From assembly GCA_965277285.1 (NCBI GenBank), contig OZ255721.1:3200001-3264000 (forward strand): a DNA stretch of 64,000 nucleotides, read 5' to 3'. The position numbers and the translations under genes are program-made. The notes under the pieces were generated by a model that was not told where the DNA came from, ran no database searches, and saw only the letters and a program-made list of their open reading frames with translations. The stretch comes from Abditibacteriaceae bacterium. GTDB taxonomy: Bacteria > Armatimonadota > Abditibacteriia > Abditibacteriales > Abditibacteriaceae. Below are positions 20,103-31,329 of this stretch, one piece after another (the stretch's first letter is position 1; each line of letters opens with the position of its first letter).

Positions 20103-20138
20103 TCGCGTCCAAGTAATCGAGTACTCGATTGCTAAAAC

Positions 20139-20174
20139 AGCCCGAACACTGAAAGGTGTTCGGGCTTTTTGTTT
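20139..20174 (+). terminator. Intrinsic terminator after rplL
   Basis: AGCCCGAACAC-TGAAAG-GTGTTCGGGCT followed by a T-tract. Confidence 0.85.
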
Positions 20175-20258
20175 CATCAACTAAAATGATTGTTTTTGCT
20201 GTACTGCTATTTTCGATATAATCTCGCGAGCAATTCAGTCAAAAAAAGAAGTGAAATT

Positions 20259-20921
20259 ATGCTAAATATTTTGAAGCATTGGAGTATTACGGTTGAAGAA
20301 TTGAGCCAGGCAGTTCTTGAGAACGGCAGTTTGCGTGGAATGGTCTTTGGATATGTCGCAGAAATCAAACTTCGCAAACTTCTTTCTGGCAACAGCCATG
20401 TGACAAGTTATACGAAAGATGATGACCATGATCGCAGCAAAAAGGGCGATTTGCGAATTGTTTACAAAGGCCACGAGTTCAGAATAGAAAGTAAATCGCT
20501 TCAAACGGCTCGCAACAAAGTTCTGGCAGATGGAACTTACGCGAGCGTAGCTCAAGTTGATGCCAGCGACCGCCGAACCGTTACGATGCCTGACGGCTCA
20601 AAACTGCAAACGACTAACTTGCTCGTTGGTGAGTTCGATGTGCTGTCCGTCAATTGCTTTACGTTTCAAAATGAATGGCACTTTGTCTTTGCGCGAAACA
20701 AAGATTTGCCTCGCTCCACTTTTAGAAACTATTCCGAAGAGCAGCGCCAACATTTGTTGGCTACAACGGTTCGTATCACATGGCCACCACAAGGCATCTT
20801 TTCGGATAACGTTTTCGCATTGCTTGATGCGATGATACGAGAGCGTTTAGCTGATCAAAAGCCGCCGGAAACGATGATTGTCCAAGAAGAGGGTAAACCG
20901 CCTGAAATCGTTAAAGATTGA
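20259..20921 (+). CDS. Putative Type II restriction endonuclease (PD-(D/E)xK)
   Basis: GYVAE...KGD(x11)ESK catalytic-like pattern; AT-rich; convergent and overlapping with a DNA methyltransferase. Confidence 0.65.
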   Translation: MLNILKHWSITVEELSQAVLENGSLRGMVFGYVAEIKLRKLLSGNSHVTSYTKDDDHDRSKKGDLRIVYKGHEFRIESKSLQTARNKVLADGTYASVAQVDASDRRTVTMPDGSKLQTTNLLVGEFDVLSVNCFTFQNEWHFVFARNKDLPRSTFRNYSEEQRQHLLATTVRITWPPQGIFSDNVFALLDAMIRERLADQKPPETMIVQEEGKPPEIVKD

Positions 20922-21723
20922 CGACGTTGGAAACAGGCATTTTTACCTTTTGAAATACTAAAAAGTAAGAATGATTTTTCCTGGCATGAACTTGAGATTT
21001 CAGTCTGCTTATGCCTGGTTTGTTTGTTCGCATGACCACAAATAGGTCTTTCGTGTAAAATCCTAACGATTCACAGGCCGAAATAATTTCTACATGAGTC
21101 AGACGTTGCTTGTTAGCGCTTACTTCGTCTTGGCACTTAACAACAAAGATTCCTTTGGGTTTGAGTACTCGATAAACCTCACGGCTTGTACGGAGATACA
21201 AATCCAGTACGGCATCGTGCCATTTTGGCTGGTCGTCCGCATCAGGCGTTGCCTTGCCACTGGAGTAATGATGCCGAAATGTTGTATGTGTTCCTGAACC
21301 AGCCAAATGGTCGGCTGAAGTGCGAAAAAGACCTTCCATGTAAGGTGGATCAAAAACTACACAGTCTATGGATTCGTCGCTATATAAAAGGCTGCGGCTG
21401 TCTATGCCTGTTTCTACAGGAACACTATGAGTAGAATCTTGCTGAACTTTTGCATCAATATCAGAAAAGAGAAAACGGTACTTCCCCGTTGGAATGAGTT
21501 GCCAGAAAACACCTTTTCCGTAAGTCAAATCTGCGACCAACGAACCTGCTGGAATATGCAGAGCAGCAATTTGAGTGAACACTTCTGCATTGCCTGCAAT
21601 ATGCGCCGACAAAATAACGTCCGTTGATGGAACGCCGCCTTGAACCCGTCGCCCAGGTTGCTTTGTTGGAGAATGCTTCAACAATTCTAATTGCGGTTCG
21701 CCAAAAAGAGAAGGATTTTTCAT
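20911..21723 (-). CDS. Amino-(N6A/N4C) DNA methyltransferase
   Basis: SAM motif [10 protein letters not shown] precedes catalytic [12 protein letters not shown] motif. Confidence 0.85.
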   Translation of the reverse strand: MKNPSLFGEPQLELLKHSPTKQPGRRVQGGVPSTDVILSAHIAGNAEVFTQIAALHIPAGSLVADLTYGKGVFWQLIPTGKYRFLFSDIDAKVQQDSTHSVPVETGIDSRSLLYSDESIDCVVFDPPYMEGLFRTSADHLAGSGTHTTFRHHYSSGKATPDADDQPKWHDAVLDLYLRTSREVYRVLKPKGIFVVKCQDEVSANKQRLTHVEIISACESLGFYTKDLFVVMRTNKPGISRLKSQVHARKNHSYFLVFQKVKMPVSNVVNL

Positions 21724-21735
21724 CGTAGCCTTATT

Positions 21736-21753
21736 CTACTCTAAGTAGAGTAG
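21736..21753. promoter_or_regulatory. Inverted-repeat operator CTACTCTA-AG-TAGAGTAG between the divergent MTase and HTH genes
   Basis: Perfect 8-bp arms in a short divergent intergenic region. Confidence 0.6.
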
Positions 21754-21779
21754 TGAAGTCAAGGAGCGAAATGGAAGCA

Positions 21780-22028
21780 ATGCAAAAAATAAAACTCCGA
21801 GTGCAACTCAGAGATTATCTCACTTCAATCAACGTCACTCCGTATGTCTTGGGCAAATGGGTTGATGGTGTCAGTTCGCAAACAATTTACGCGATTGCCA
21901 ACGGGACTCGTCGTCCAAGCCTCGAAGTTTTAGAAGCGATTCTGAATGGGCTACGCTCACAAGGTTATATAGCATCATTAAGCGATATTATTCAACTTGA
22001 AGAGACTATCGTGAAACAAGAAGAGTAG
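21780..22028 (+). CDS. Xre-family HTH regulator (possible R-M controller)
   Basis: GVSSQTIYAIANGTRRPSLEVLEAI helix-turn-helix. Confidence 0.8.
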   Translation: MQKIKLRVQLRDYLTSINVTPYVLGKWVDGVSSQTIYAIANGTRRPSLEVLEAILNGLRSQGYIASLSDIIQLEETIVKQEE

Positions 22029-22058
22029 AGCGGATGACATGAAAGTGACAGAAGAACA

Positions 22059-22826
22059 TCACTTCAAAGCCTTGCGCAGAGATTGCACCGTCAATGTCAC
22101 CAGGACGACGAAGAGGACGATGGCGACCAGAAAGCCCTGATAGATGGCGGGATTGCTCCAGTTCGACAGCACCAGGGCGCGCGTGCCTTCGATGATATAC
22201 GTCACGGGGTTGTAGGTCGCAAAGAAGCGAAAGGTTGGTGGCAGCAATTGCATTGGCGCCTGCGAAGTCGTCAGATAAAGAAACGGGAACACGATGATGA
22301 ACATGGATTGCACCAATCTCACGTTCTGAGTTCCCAACGCCGCGATCATGCCGATGCAGCTCCAGCCCATCGCAAAAATCGTCAACATAACGAAAATGGC
22401 AAGAATGCCCAAAACGCCCGTGTTGAAATGAACGCCGACCGCCAGCAACAAAATTAGAACGACAACGCCTTGAATGATCGACAAAAGCGCGATTTCGCTG
22501 AGTTTGCTCAGCACAATCGTCACGCGATGAATCGGCATGATGATGAGTTTCTTGAAGTATCCGCTCGAAATATCTTGCGCCAGTTCGATTCCCGCGTTGC
22601 CAGCGGAAAAGAAAATTGCGGTGAAAATGGCAACCGGCGCGATGAAATCTTTGTAAGAAACGTGCGGGAAACCTGGTACTTTGGCGAAGGCTTGCAATGA
22701 TGTCGAGTTGACAACGAAGAAAAAAACGGGAATGAAAAGCGAGGGAATCAGCGCCAGAAGCGGCCGCCAGATTTGGCGAATGTTACGGATCGAAAGATAC
22801 AGCCAGTCGGAAAAGAATTGTCGCAT
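22059..22826 (-). CDS. ABC-2 type permease (DrrB-like)
   Basis: Six TM helices; DISSGYFKKL, YNPVTYIIEGTRAL. Confidence 0.9.
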   Translation of the reverse strand: MRQFFSDWLYLSIRNIRQIWRPLLALIPSLFIPVFFFVVNSTSLQAFAKVPGFPHVSYKDFIAPVAIFTAIFFSAGNAGIELAQDISSGYFKKLIIMPIHRVTIVLSKLSEIALLSIIQGVVVLILLLAVGVHFNTGVLGILAIFVMLTIFAMGWSCIGMIAALGTQNVRLVQSMFIIVFPFLYLTTSQAPMQLLPPTFRFFATYNPVTYIIEGTRALVLSNWSNPAIYQGFLVAIVLFVVLVTLTVQSLRKALK

Positions 22827-22867
22827 AAAGAGGAATCGAGTACTCGAATCGGTGTTTTGAATGAATA

Positions 22868-22969
22868 GAACACAGAGGCTTCGCCTACACAGATAACGGC
22901 ACGGATAAACACGGGTCTAACGAAAATCCGTGTTTATCCGTTCAATCCGTGTAACGAAGTTCCGTGTCC
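22868..22969. repeat. ACGGAT/ATCCGT-family REP-like element
   Basis: Ends ATCCGTGTAACGAAGTTCCGTGTCC, as at 2613 and 45568. Confidence 0.8.
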
Positions 22970-22975
22970 AAAAGA

Positions 22976-23764
22976 TTAACGTCGTCGTGCATACGGGTCA
23001 GTGGTGTTGAGGTTGACTTCTTCTTCGCCCAGGTTGCTGCCCGTTGTGGAAAGAAAAACTTCTTCCAACGTTTTGGCGTTGTGTTTTTCAAGAAGTTGCG
23101 GAATTGAGCCTTCTGTGACGATTTTGCCTTTGTCCATGATGGCAATGCGCTCGCACAGGTTTTCAGCTTCTTCCATGAAGTGCGTGGTCAGGAAAATCGT
23201 CATGCCGTCGCGGTTCAAATCGCGCAAATGGCTCCAAATGAGTTGGCGCGCGTGCGGGTCTAAACCGGTCGTCGGCTCATCTAAAAACAAAACTTCAGGG
23301 TTATGAATCAGCGACAAAGCGAGGTCGAAACGTCGCTGCATTCCGCCTGAATACGTAGACGTGTAGCGATGAGCAACCTTTTCGAGTTCGACCAATTTGA
23401 GCAGTTTTTTGCTGCGTTCTTCGATTTCGCGCGGCGGCAAATGATAAAGACGTCCATGCAATTGCAGCATTTCCGTGGCGGTCGCGGTTTCATCGAGACC
23501 GACTTCCTGCATCGCAAAACCAACGCGTTTATAGACTTCGTTAGGATTTTTGCTGATGTCGAAACCGGCGATTTTGATGACGCCGCTGGTTTTCTTGACC
23601 AGGTTGACGAGCATATTCATCGTCGTCGATTTGCCCGCGCCGTTTGGCCCCAGAAAACCGAAAAACTCACCTTTGCGCACGCTGAATGAAATGTCGTCAA
23701 CCGCGACGGTGCCGCCTGCGTATTCTTTGCGCAGGTTCTCAACTTCGATAATGGAATCGGTCAT
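22976..23764 (-). CDS. ABC transporter ATP-binding protein (DrrA-like)
   Basis: GPNGAGKST, YSGGM, FLDEPTTGLDP, TTHFMEEAE. Confidence 0.93.
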   Translation of the reverse strand: MTDSIIEVENLRKEYAGGTVAVDDISFSVRKGEFFGFLGPNGAGKSTTMNMLVNLVKKTSGVIKIAGFDISKNPNEVYKRVGFAMQEVGLDETATATEMLQLHGRLYHLPPREIEERSKKLLKLVELEKVAHRYTSTYSGGMQRRFDLALSLIHNPEVLFLDEPTTGLDPHARQLIWSHLRDLNRDGMTIFLTTHFMEEAENLCERIAIMDKGKIVTEGSIPQLLEKHNAKTLEEVFLSTTGSNLGEEEVNLNTTDPYARRR

Positions 23765-23856
23765 AAATGGATAATACACAGCATAACGAACCCTGAGCGT
23801 AAGCGATGGGTCTTCTGCAAGGTCGTAGCAGACCCATCGCTTACGCTCAGGGTTCG

Positions 23857-24405
23857 TTAAAGATTGGAAAACAAAAGCGGTTGAGCTATTTCCTGTTCGC
23901 TGAACTCCCGTTCGCGGCGTTGCAATGCGGCTTTGCGCGAAGGGTTCCAGCGGAAGCCGGACAGCGAACCATCGTTGCGCACGACGCGATGACATGGAAT
24001 GACGAGCGCCAGACTGTTGGCGGCGCAGGCACCAGCAACGGCGCGCACCGCTTGCGGCTGTTCGATTATCTGCGCAATTTGCGTGTAAGAACGCGTTTCG
24101 CCATAAGGAATCTGTTGCAAAGCGCGCCAGACACGCCATTGGAAATCGGTGCCGGAAACGTCCAGCGCGAAATTGAGTACTCGAATCTCGCCGTTCAAAT
24201 GTCGCAAAATCGTTTGCGTCGTTTCTCGCAAAGTGGATACGTCGTGCGCAATGTCGAAAGTCGGAAATTCTTCGCGCAATTTCGCCTCAAGTTCGTCGGC
24301 GTTGTCGCCCAAGCGCACAGCACAAAGTCCGCGTGACGTTGAGGCAACGAGCAAGAATCCGAGCGGGCAAGGAACAATGTCGAACAAAAGCGGCGTTGAA
24401 GTCAT
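23857..24405 (-). CDS. ogt: Methylated-DNA-protein-cysteine methyltransferase (Ada C-terminal/Ogt)
   Basis: GTDFQ..VW, IPYGET.SY, IPCHRVV active site. Confidence 0.92.
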   Translation of the reverse strand: MTSTPLLFDIVPCPLGFLLVASTSRGLCAVRLGDNADELEAKLREEFPTFDIAHDVSTLRETTQTILRHLNGEIRVLNFALDVSGTDFQWRVWRALQQIPYGETRSYTQIAQIIEQPQAVRAVAGACAANSLALVIPCHRVVRNDGSLSGFRWNPSRKAALQRREREFSEQEIAQPLLFSNL

Positions 24406-24579
24406 AGAAATTTTACGAAGAGTCACACTGAATCCGCGAGATTCTATCGGGAGTTTTAGCGTGACGCAATTGGCTTTGGTGGACGAGCAAAGTTCGCGCG
24501 GGACAATGGCATTTTACAACAAAAGTGCGCTCTATCGAGTACTCGATGGAGCGCACTTCGTTTCAATCTCTCGAATGTT

Positions 24580-27500
24580 TTACGTCGATTCCTTCATGGT
24601 TTGCATTTGCGCCGTGGTCGGCGAAAGCGGTTCCTGAACCGGTTCGTTTTCCCAGCCGAAACGCTGGCGAATACTTGATACGGAATGCGCGGCGTCATCG
24701 AAGAGCGAATAAATGACGGGAACCGCCAAAAGCGTCAGCAAGAGCGACAAGATTTGTCCGCCGAAAATGACAGTTCCAATGGCGCGGTTGGTGCCGGAAC
24801 CGGCGCCGTGCGAAAACACCAGAGGAATCATGCCCGCCACAAACGCCAGCGTCGTCATCAAAATCGGTCGCAAGCGGTCGCGGTTGGCGGCGACAATGGC
24901 GTCCAGGCGATTCATGCCTTTGTCGCGCAACTGGTTGGTGTGATCGATCTGCAAAATCGCGTTCTTTTTGACGACGCCGAACAACACCAGAACGCCCAAC
25001 AGCGAAAAGATATTCAGCGATTGACCGAAAATCAAGAGCGAAATCAAGGCGAAGGGAACGGTTAGCGGAAGCGTCAGCAAAATTGTGACGGGATGAAGCC
25101 AGCTTTCAAATTGCGCCGCCAAAATGAGATACATGAAGATGAACGACAAAGTGAGCGCTTGAATGAAAGCGGCATTGGTGCGTTGCTGCTCGCGCGAAGT
25201 TCCGCTCGGCGTCAAGGTGTAAGACGGATCAAGTTTGAGATTCCGAAAGACGGTTTCGATGCCACGACCGATGTTCGCTTCCGAAGCGCCGGGGACGACA
25301 TTGGCGCTGATCGTAATCTGGCGGCGGCGATTATAGCGGTCGATTTGTGACGGACCAGTCGAACGCTTGAAGTCGACGACCTGATTCAATGGCACGCTGG
25401 AAGAACTGCCACCGGACGCATTTCCAGTACTCGATGTGCCGCTGGAAGTCGTCGCGGTAATGGACGGATTCGCGGGAACTGTCATTTGCCCGATGCCGCT
25501 GGGATCGGTGCGAAAAGGTGCAGCGGCGCGAATATGCACTTCGTATTCGTAGCCGCCTTCAAGGTAATCGGTGACTTTCTGGCCGCCGACCAGATAATTG
25601 AGGGTGTTGGCGACGACCAGAGGACTAACGCCTGCGTCGCCCGCTTCGTCGCGGTTAATGGCGACTTGAACTTCGGGCGCACCGGCTTCATAACTCGTCG
25701 TCGCGTCGGCCACGCCAGGGATTTTGTTGATCTGCGCGATCGCTTTTTGCGCGATTTTTTGCAGAGCGTCCAAGTCGTTGCCGCTCAGTACGTAGGAAAT
25801 GTTGCCGCCGCCGCGACCGCCGCCGCTGAGAACGCTGAACGAGTTGATGGGCGAAACGCGAAACGTCGTCATGCCCAGATTCGCGGCGGGCTTGCGCAAG
25901 GAGCGACGCATTTTCTGAACGATGTCGGTTTGCGACAGGTTGCGCTGTTCAATCGGTTTCAGACCGACGAAAATGTTCGCCTGGTTCGTCGTTCCCGACC
26001 CGAAACCTGCCGCGCCAACTGTCATCAACGTATATTGAACATCGTGCGATTTGCGAATTTGCGCGTCAATTTTTCGCACCGCTTTGCGCGTCACATCCAA
26101 GCTGGTGCCGGGCGGCAATTCAATCGTGATCTGAAACTGCGATTCGTCTTCGTCCGGCAAAAAGTTGTACGGCAGCATCTTCCACAAAATCGGAATCGAA
26201 AACAAAACGCCGCCGCAAACGATGGCAATCACCAGGCGGTTCGCCATGCTCCACTTCAAAAGCATCGTATAAAAACGGTCGATGTAACTGTAAAATCCAC
26301 GGGCGCGCGTCGAATCCTGCGCATCGTGCGAGGAACCATGAGCATTGTGCGATGTGAGAAGCGCCTCAGAACCCGCATTTGCCGGAGCGAGATCGGTGTT
26401 CGTCGGAACAATGACAGCGACATTTCCAGTACTCGATGCGGCGTTTTTCTTCTTTTTGCCCAGCCAGCGCGCCGTCAGCATCGGTGTCAGCGTGAAGGAA
26501 ACCAGCAGCGAAACCAGAATCGCAAACGACATCGTGAGGCCGAAACTGGCCAAAAATCGCCCGACGATTCCGTTCATAAAAGCGACTGGCAAGAAGACGG
26601 CGATCAATGAAAGTGTCGTCGCCAGAACCGCGAAGCCGATTTCGCGCGTGCCTTCAATGGCGGCTTGTATTGGCGGAAGATTTTTTTCTTCCATCAAGCG
26701 ATAAATGTTTTCCAAAACCACAATCGCGTCGTCAATCACGATGCCAACGGCCAAAGTCAGCGCCAAAAGAGTGATGACGTTGAGCGTGAAACCCATCGCC
26801 CACATCAAGCCGAAAGTGGAAACAATCGAAGTCGGGATCGCAATCGACGAAATCAAGGTGCTGCGCCAATTCCACAGGAAAAGCAGCACGACGAGCGACG
26901 CCAAAACCGAACCTAAAATAAGATGTTCTTCGACGGCATGAACGGCGGCTTGGATAAAATCCTGCTGCGAGCGAACGGCAGTTAATTGCACTCCGGCGGG
27001 CGCGGTTTTGCTCGCCATAGCCAGTTTTTGCGTGACGGCTTGAATGACTTCCAGCGTATTAGTGCCGCTTTGCTTGTAAACCACGAGCTGCACCGCGCGC
27101 TTGCCATTGAATTCCGAACCCGTGACTTCATCCGCTAAACCGTCTTCGACGCGCGCGATGTCCGACAAATGAACCTGCTGACCATTGCCCGACAAAAGCA
27201 GTACGCTATTGAACTGACTGGGATTGGTAAAGCGGCTGAGCGTGCGCAAAGTCAACGTTTGCGCGCTTTGTTCGACGTTGCCGCCCGGCACTTCCACGTT
27301 TTGCGCCGTCAAAGCGTTCACTACATCGGGCGTCGTGATGTTGTACGAACGCATTTTGAAGGCGTCCAGATAAATGTTGATCTGGCGCGCGCGGTCGCCG
27401 CGAAGCTGCACTTGACCGACGCCGCCCGCCGTTTCGATCAAAGGCTCCAGCGTTTGATTCGCGTAATCCGTTAAATCGCCGACCGACTTTTTACCCGAAA

Positions 27501-27930
27501 TTACAATCGCCAAAATCGGCGTCTGGTTTGGGTCGAAGCGGCGCACCACGGGCGGCTGGATGTTGAGCGGTAACTGGTTTTGAATCAGGGCGATCTGGTC
27601 GCGCACTTCTTGCGTCGCCACGTCGATGTTGGTTTCCAGCGTAAAGGTGACCGTGACCGACGAACTTCCTTGCGTGGATGAGGAACGCAGTTCATCGACG
27701 CCGGCGATTGTGTTGACAGCTTGCTCGATTTTGTCGGTCACTTCAGTTTCGACGGTTTCGGGAGCCGCGCCCGGCAAGCTCGTGTTAATGGAAACCGTCG
27801 GCAAATCGACCTGAGGAAAGCGGTCGACACCCAGACGGAAAAATCCCGCCGCGCCGACGACGACCAAAATCAAGATGAGAACTGACGCCAAAACTGGACG
27901 GCGCACACATAATTCAGCTAATTTTTGCAT
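24580..27930 (-). CDS. RND efflux permease (AcrB/AcrD/AcrF family)
   Basis: [30 protein letters not shown]. Confidence 0.95.
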   Translation of the reverse strand: MQKLAELCVRRPVLASVLILILVVVGAAGFFRLGVDRFPQVDLPTVSINTSLPGAAPETVETEVTDKIEQAVNTIAGVDELRSSSTQGSSSVTVTFTLETNIDVATQEVRDQIALIQNQLPLNIQPPVVRRFDPNQTPILAIVISGKKSVGDLTDYANQTLEPLIETAGGVGQVQLRGDRARQINIYLDAFKMRSYNITTPDVVNALTAQNVEVPGGNVEQSAQTLTLRTLSRFTNPSQFNSVLLLSGNGQQVHLSDIARVEDGLADEVTGSEFNGKRAVQLVVYKQSGTNTLEVIQAVTQKLAMASKTAPAGVQLTAVRSQQDFIQAAVHAVEEHLILGSVLASLVVLLFLWNWRSTLISSIAIPTSIVSTFGLMWAMGFTLNVITLLALTLAVGIVIDDAIVVLENIYRLMEEKNLPPIQAAIEGTREIGFAVLATTLSLIAVFLPVAFMNGIVGRFLASFGLTMSFAILVSLLVSFTLTPMLTARWLGKKKKNAASSTGNVAVIVPTNTDLAPANAGSEALLTSHNAHGSSHDAQDSTRARGFYSYIDRFYTMLLKWSMANRLVIAIVCGGVLFSIPILWKMLPYNFLPDEDESQFQITIELPPGTSLDVTRKAVRKIDAQIRKSHDVQYTLMTVGAAGFGSGTTNQANIFVGLKPIEQRNLSQTDIVQKMRRSLRKPAANLGMTTFRVSPINSFSVLSGGGRGGGNISYVLSGNDLDALQKIAQKAIAQINKIPGVADATTSYEAGAPEVQVAINRDEAGDAGVSPLVVANTLNYLVGGQKVTDYLEGGYEYEVHIRAAAPFRTDPSGIGQMTVPANPSITATTSSGTSSTGNASGGSSSSVPLNQVVDFKRSTGPSQIDRYNRRRQITISANVVPGASEANIGRGIETVFRNLKLDPSYTLTPSGTSREQQRTNAAFIQALTLSFIFMYLILAAQFESWLHPVTILLTLPLTVPFALISLLIFGQSLNIFSLLGVLVLFGVVKKNAILQIDHTNQLRDKGMNRLDAIVAANRDRLRPILMTTLAFVAGMIPLVFSHGAGSGTNRAIGTVIFGGQILSLLLTLLAVPVIYSLFDDAAHSVSSIRQRFGWENEPVQEPLSPTTAQMQTMKEST

Positions 27931-28097
27931 GACGAAAAAGGTTTACAGCAGGAGATAACAAGCTCTGCGAAAATTTGGAGGCTGTCAAAATCTAACGATT
28001 GCGCCATACCAACGCTTCTTTAGAAGAAGTTGAGGCGTGTCAAGTTTCGTCAAGCCGCGCACAAGATCGAGTACTCGATTCCTTTATAATGGGCCTT

Positions 28098-28418
28098 CTA
28101 TAATGTGCGTTTCAATTCAATAACGAGATTGCGGTAAGGTTCGTCTCCGACATTTTCCAGGCGATTGTGAACCAAGCCTTCGCCCGCTTCCAGAAAGACG
28201 ACTTGGTCAGTTTGATAATTGACCGCGACATCTTTGCTCGAATCGTCATCATCGACGTGAACCAACGCGCCACCTTGCAGCACGATGAACAGATAATCTT
28301 CGTGATGAACGTGCTTTTCCAGCGATTCGCCGGGCTGCAACGCCAAATCCCAAACGCGAATGCGCTCGTTCTCGAACATCAATTTGGTGCCAACATTGGA
28401 CGTAGGTTTATTCGCCAT
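28098..28418 (-). CDS. Cupin-domain protein
   Basis: FENERIRVW, LQPGE..EKHVHHEDY, HNRLENVG. Confidence 0.8.
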   Translation of the reverse strand: MANKPTSNVGTKLMFENERIRVWDLALQPGESLEKHVHHEDYLFIVLQGGALVHVDDDDSSKDVAVNYQTDQVVFLEAGEGLVHNRLENVGDEPYRNLVIELKRTL

Positions 28419-29109
28419 AAAGTTTGCTGGTGGCCGTATTGTTCTGCGCATATTGCACGAAACGGCGCACTTTCTCCGCGTCCTTGACGCCTTTTTTTGC
28501 TTCCACTCCACTTACCACATCGACCATCCACGGGCGCACAAAACCAATTGCTTCCTGCACATTTTCTGGCGAAAGTCCGCCCGTCAAAATCACGTGCAAG
28601 CCGCTTGCACGAAGTTCTCGCGCCAACTCCCAATCGCTCAGTTCGCCCGTTCCGCCATAAATAATCTCGTTGCCGTTTGTCGTGCGCGCATCCAGCAAAA
28701 CCGCTTGCGCGCCCGCTTTAGTCATTTTGAGTGCGCGTTGACGAACAATTTCGCGCTCGCCCGAACATGCTGCCCAAACTGTAATTTTCCGCGAAACAAG
28801 TTCTCTCACTAATTGAGGTTCTTCGTCGCCATGCAATTGCAATGCGAAAGGCCGCAACGTTTGGTCGATTTTGAGCAATTCGTCCAGCGTTTTATTGACC
28901 GTGACGGCGACAATCGGAGTTTGGCTGGCCAAGAAAATCGCGCGCGCTGTTACCAAATCGACACTGCGCGGCGACGGCGAATGTTCGACAATGACGCCCA
29001 GAAAATCGGCGCCCGCATTTTGCGCGAGTTGCGCGTCTTGGATCGAAGTCGTGCCGCAGATTTTGACCAGCGGACGTTCGAGTACTCGATTATCAGGCAA
29101 AGTGTTCAT
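28408..29109 (-). CDS. trpF: Phosphoribosylanthranilate isomerase
   Basis: VKICG, SPRSV, QLHGDE, GGTG, GGLSPENV, DVVSGVE. Confidence 0.95.
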   Translation of the reverse strand: MNTLPDNRVLERPLVKICGTTSIQDAQLAQNAGADFLGVIVEHSPSPRSVDLVTARAIFLASQTPIVAVTVNKTLDELLKIDQTLRPFALQLHGDEEPQLVRELVSRKITVWAACSGEREIVRQRALKMTKAGAQAVLLDARTTNGNEIIYGGTGELSDWELARELRASGLHVILTGGLSPENVQEAIGFVRPWMVDVVSGVEAKKGVKDAEKVRRFVQYAQNNTATSKLYGE

Positions 29110-29274
29110 CGGAAAATGCGAGGAGATGATTAACGAACCCGAAGCGTGAGCGAGGGAGATGGTGGGAGTTAGCTCCCTCTCTCACGCTTCGGGTTCGTTG
29201 TCGAAACAAGCTGGCAAGAAGATAAAAGCGCCACGATTCGTTCGCAGCGCTTTTGATTTTACGTCACTCGTTCT

Positions 29275-29736
29275 TTATTTACTGTGCGCTTTGGCATACG
29301 CGCTCTGCAAAAATTGGACGGTTCCTTTCGCGTCGCGGAAACCCAGAAAGGCGGAACTCATCGTTCCATTTGGTTTCAGAACTGCGACAACTGGCAACGA
29401 AGAAACACGATATTTTTTAGCCGTCGCCGTGTCTTTGTCGGTGTCAACTTTGACGGCGACAAACTTGCGCGATTCACGAATCACGTTCGCATCGGTATAA
29501 GTGCGCGTGTCCAACGCTTTGCAGTTGGTGCACCAATCTGCCGTAAAATCGACCAAAATTGGCTTGCCAGTTCGTCGCGCTTCCGCTTGCGCTGCAGTAA
29601 AAGAAGTGCGCCAGGCGATTCGAGTACTCGATTTCGCAGGCGCGCTCGTTTTCGCAACCGATAAGTCTTCATCGGAAATCAACGCTGTTACCGCCAGCGC
29701 TGCCAATGCAAACGGCACAATCTTCATCCATTTCAT
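29275..29736 (-). CDS. Exported thioredoxin-family protein
   Basis: Signal peptide; DFTADWCTNC. Confidence 0.9.
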   Translation of the reverse strand: MKWMKIVPFALAALAVTALISDEDLSVAKTSAPAKSSTRIAWRTSFTAAQAEARRTGKPILVDFTADWCTNCKALDTRTYTDANVIRESRKFVAVKVDTDKDTATAKKYRVSSLPVVAVLKPNGTMSSAFLGFRDAKGTVQFLQSAYAKAHSK

Positions 29737-29784
29737 AATGTTTCCTCGCTTAACAACGTTAAAAGGGAACAGCTTGTCAACGTT

Positions 29785-30357
29785 TCAGCCGTTGAAACGG
29801 TTCATCGCATTTATCAAACCTTCGCGTACGAAAACTTCCACGCAATCCGCCGCGCGCGTGATACCATCTTGAACTAAAGGAATTTCGTCCGGCGAAAACG
29901 GGCTGAGCACGAAATCTGCTGTTCCGCGTTGTTGACGTTCTTCTTCTGAAGGCGCGCCGACGCCGAAACGCAAGCGCGCGTAATTTTGCGAACCCAAGTT
30001 CTGCGCGACCGATTTTAAGCCGTTTTGTCCGCCATCGCTGCCGCCAGGACGAAGGCGCAATTTTCCAGTCGGCAAATTCAAATCGTCGCAAATGACCAAT
30101 AAATTCGGCAACTCGATTTTGTTGTAGCGAAGCAACGCACCAATGGCGCGTCCCGATTCGTTCATAAAGGTTTGCGGTTTGGCCACAAGTACGCGATGTT
30201 CATCAATTTGCGTTGTCGCCGTCATCGCTTCGTGCGCGCGTTTTGCCAGTTCAATGTTCCAGCGGCGCGACAATTCATCCAACACCATCCAGCCGATGTT
30301 GTGACGCGTGCGCGCGTATCGCGCGCCCGGATTGCCCAAACCTGCGATCAGAAACAT
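29785..30357 (-). CDS. pth: Peptidyl-tRNA hydrolase
   Basis: GLGNPG..Y..TRHNIG, KPQTFMNESG. Confidence 0.97.
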   Translation of the reverse strand: MFLIAGLGNPGARYARTRHNIGWMVLDELSRRWNIELAKRAHEAMTATTQIDEHRVLVAKPQTFMNESGRAIGALLRYNKIELPNLLVICDDLNLPTGKLRLRPGGSDGGQNGLKSVAQNLGSQNYARLRFGVGAPSEEERQQRGTADFVLSPFSPDEIPLVQDGITRAADCVEVFVREGLINAMNRFNG

Positions 30358-30517
30358 GAGAGAATAAAAGAACCCTGAGCGTCAGCGACAGGCTACGCGT
30401 AACAAGATGGTGTGATTTTTACGCGTAGCCCGTTGCTGACGCTGCGGGTTCGTTGATTAACGGCAAACGGGAACCGAGTATTCGAGTACTCGATTCCCGT
30501 TGAACTGTGCGACAAAA

Positions 30518-31228
30518 TTACGCTTTGCCAGGCTTTTCGCCAGTATCGCTCTTGTTGCCGGTCGTTTTGTCTTCTTTGCCAGCTTCGGAATTCATTTCCG
30601 GGTTGACAGCGGCGGCTTCGGCTTCGGCGATTTGTTCCGCCGTCATCGTTTCCTCGACAATCGGCTCGACATCCGGCGCATTGACGACCGCGACAGGCGT
30701 TTCGCCATCGGTCACGATTTCAATGTTGGCGGGAACGCTAATTTCGCTGACGTGAATCGGCGCGCCGTTGAATTCCAGATGCGAAACATCGACTGTGATG
30801 TGTTCTGGCAAGTCTTGCGGAAACGCTTTGATGTCGATGTGTTGCAGCGCTTGCACCAAAATGCCGCCGTCCATTTTGACGCCGACCGGCTCGCCTTCGA
30901 GCACCAACGGAATCGACGCCGCAATTTTTTCGTTGAGCGCAACGCGTAGAAAATCGACCGAATACGCTGCGTGCGTCGCCGGATGACGATGCACGCTTTT
31001 GATGATCGCTGGCAAATCGGGCTGACCTTCAATCTTCAAGTTCAGCAAGCCATGACCGTGACCGTGCGCCAACAAATCGCGCAATTCTTTGGCGTTCAAA
31101 GACAATTTGACCGGCGCTTCGCCGTGTCCGTAAGCCACAGCCGGAACGCGTCCCGTGCGGCGCATGCGTCCCGCTTCTTCTTTTCCTGTCGTGTCGCGTG
31201 TTGCGACCTGCAAATCAAACGATGCCAT
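30518..31228 (-). CDS. rplY: 50S ribosomal protein L25/Ctc
   Basis: GRVPAVAYGHG, VDFLRV, GEPVGVK.GG; located between prs and pth. Confidence 0.96.
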   Translation of the reverse strand: MASFDLQVATRDTTGKEEAGRMRRTGRVPAVAYGHGEAPVKLSLNAKELRDLLAHGHGHGLLNLKIEGQPDLPAIIKSVHRHPATHAAYSVDFLRVALNEKIAASIPLVLEGEPVGVKMDGGILVQALQHIDIKAFPQDLPEHITVDVSHLEFNGAPIHVSEISVPANIEIVTDGETPVAVVNAPDVEPIVEETMTAEQIAEAEAAAVNPEMNSEAGKEDKTTGNKSDTGEKPGKA

Positions 31229-31329
31229 CTTCTTGTGTCCTCCATGCGCTATCGAGTACTCGATATTCGCTCGTGTTGTTGAATTATGTTCTCAACCGCT
31301 TTCTTGAGGTCGCGGTTGGGAAACTTCTT

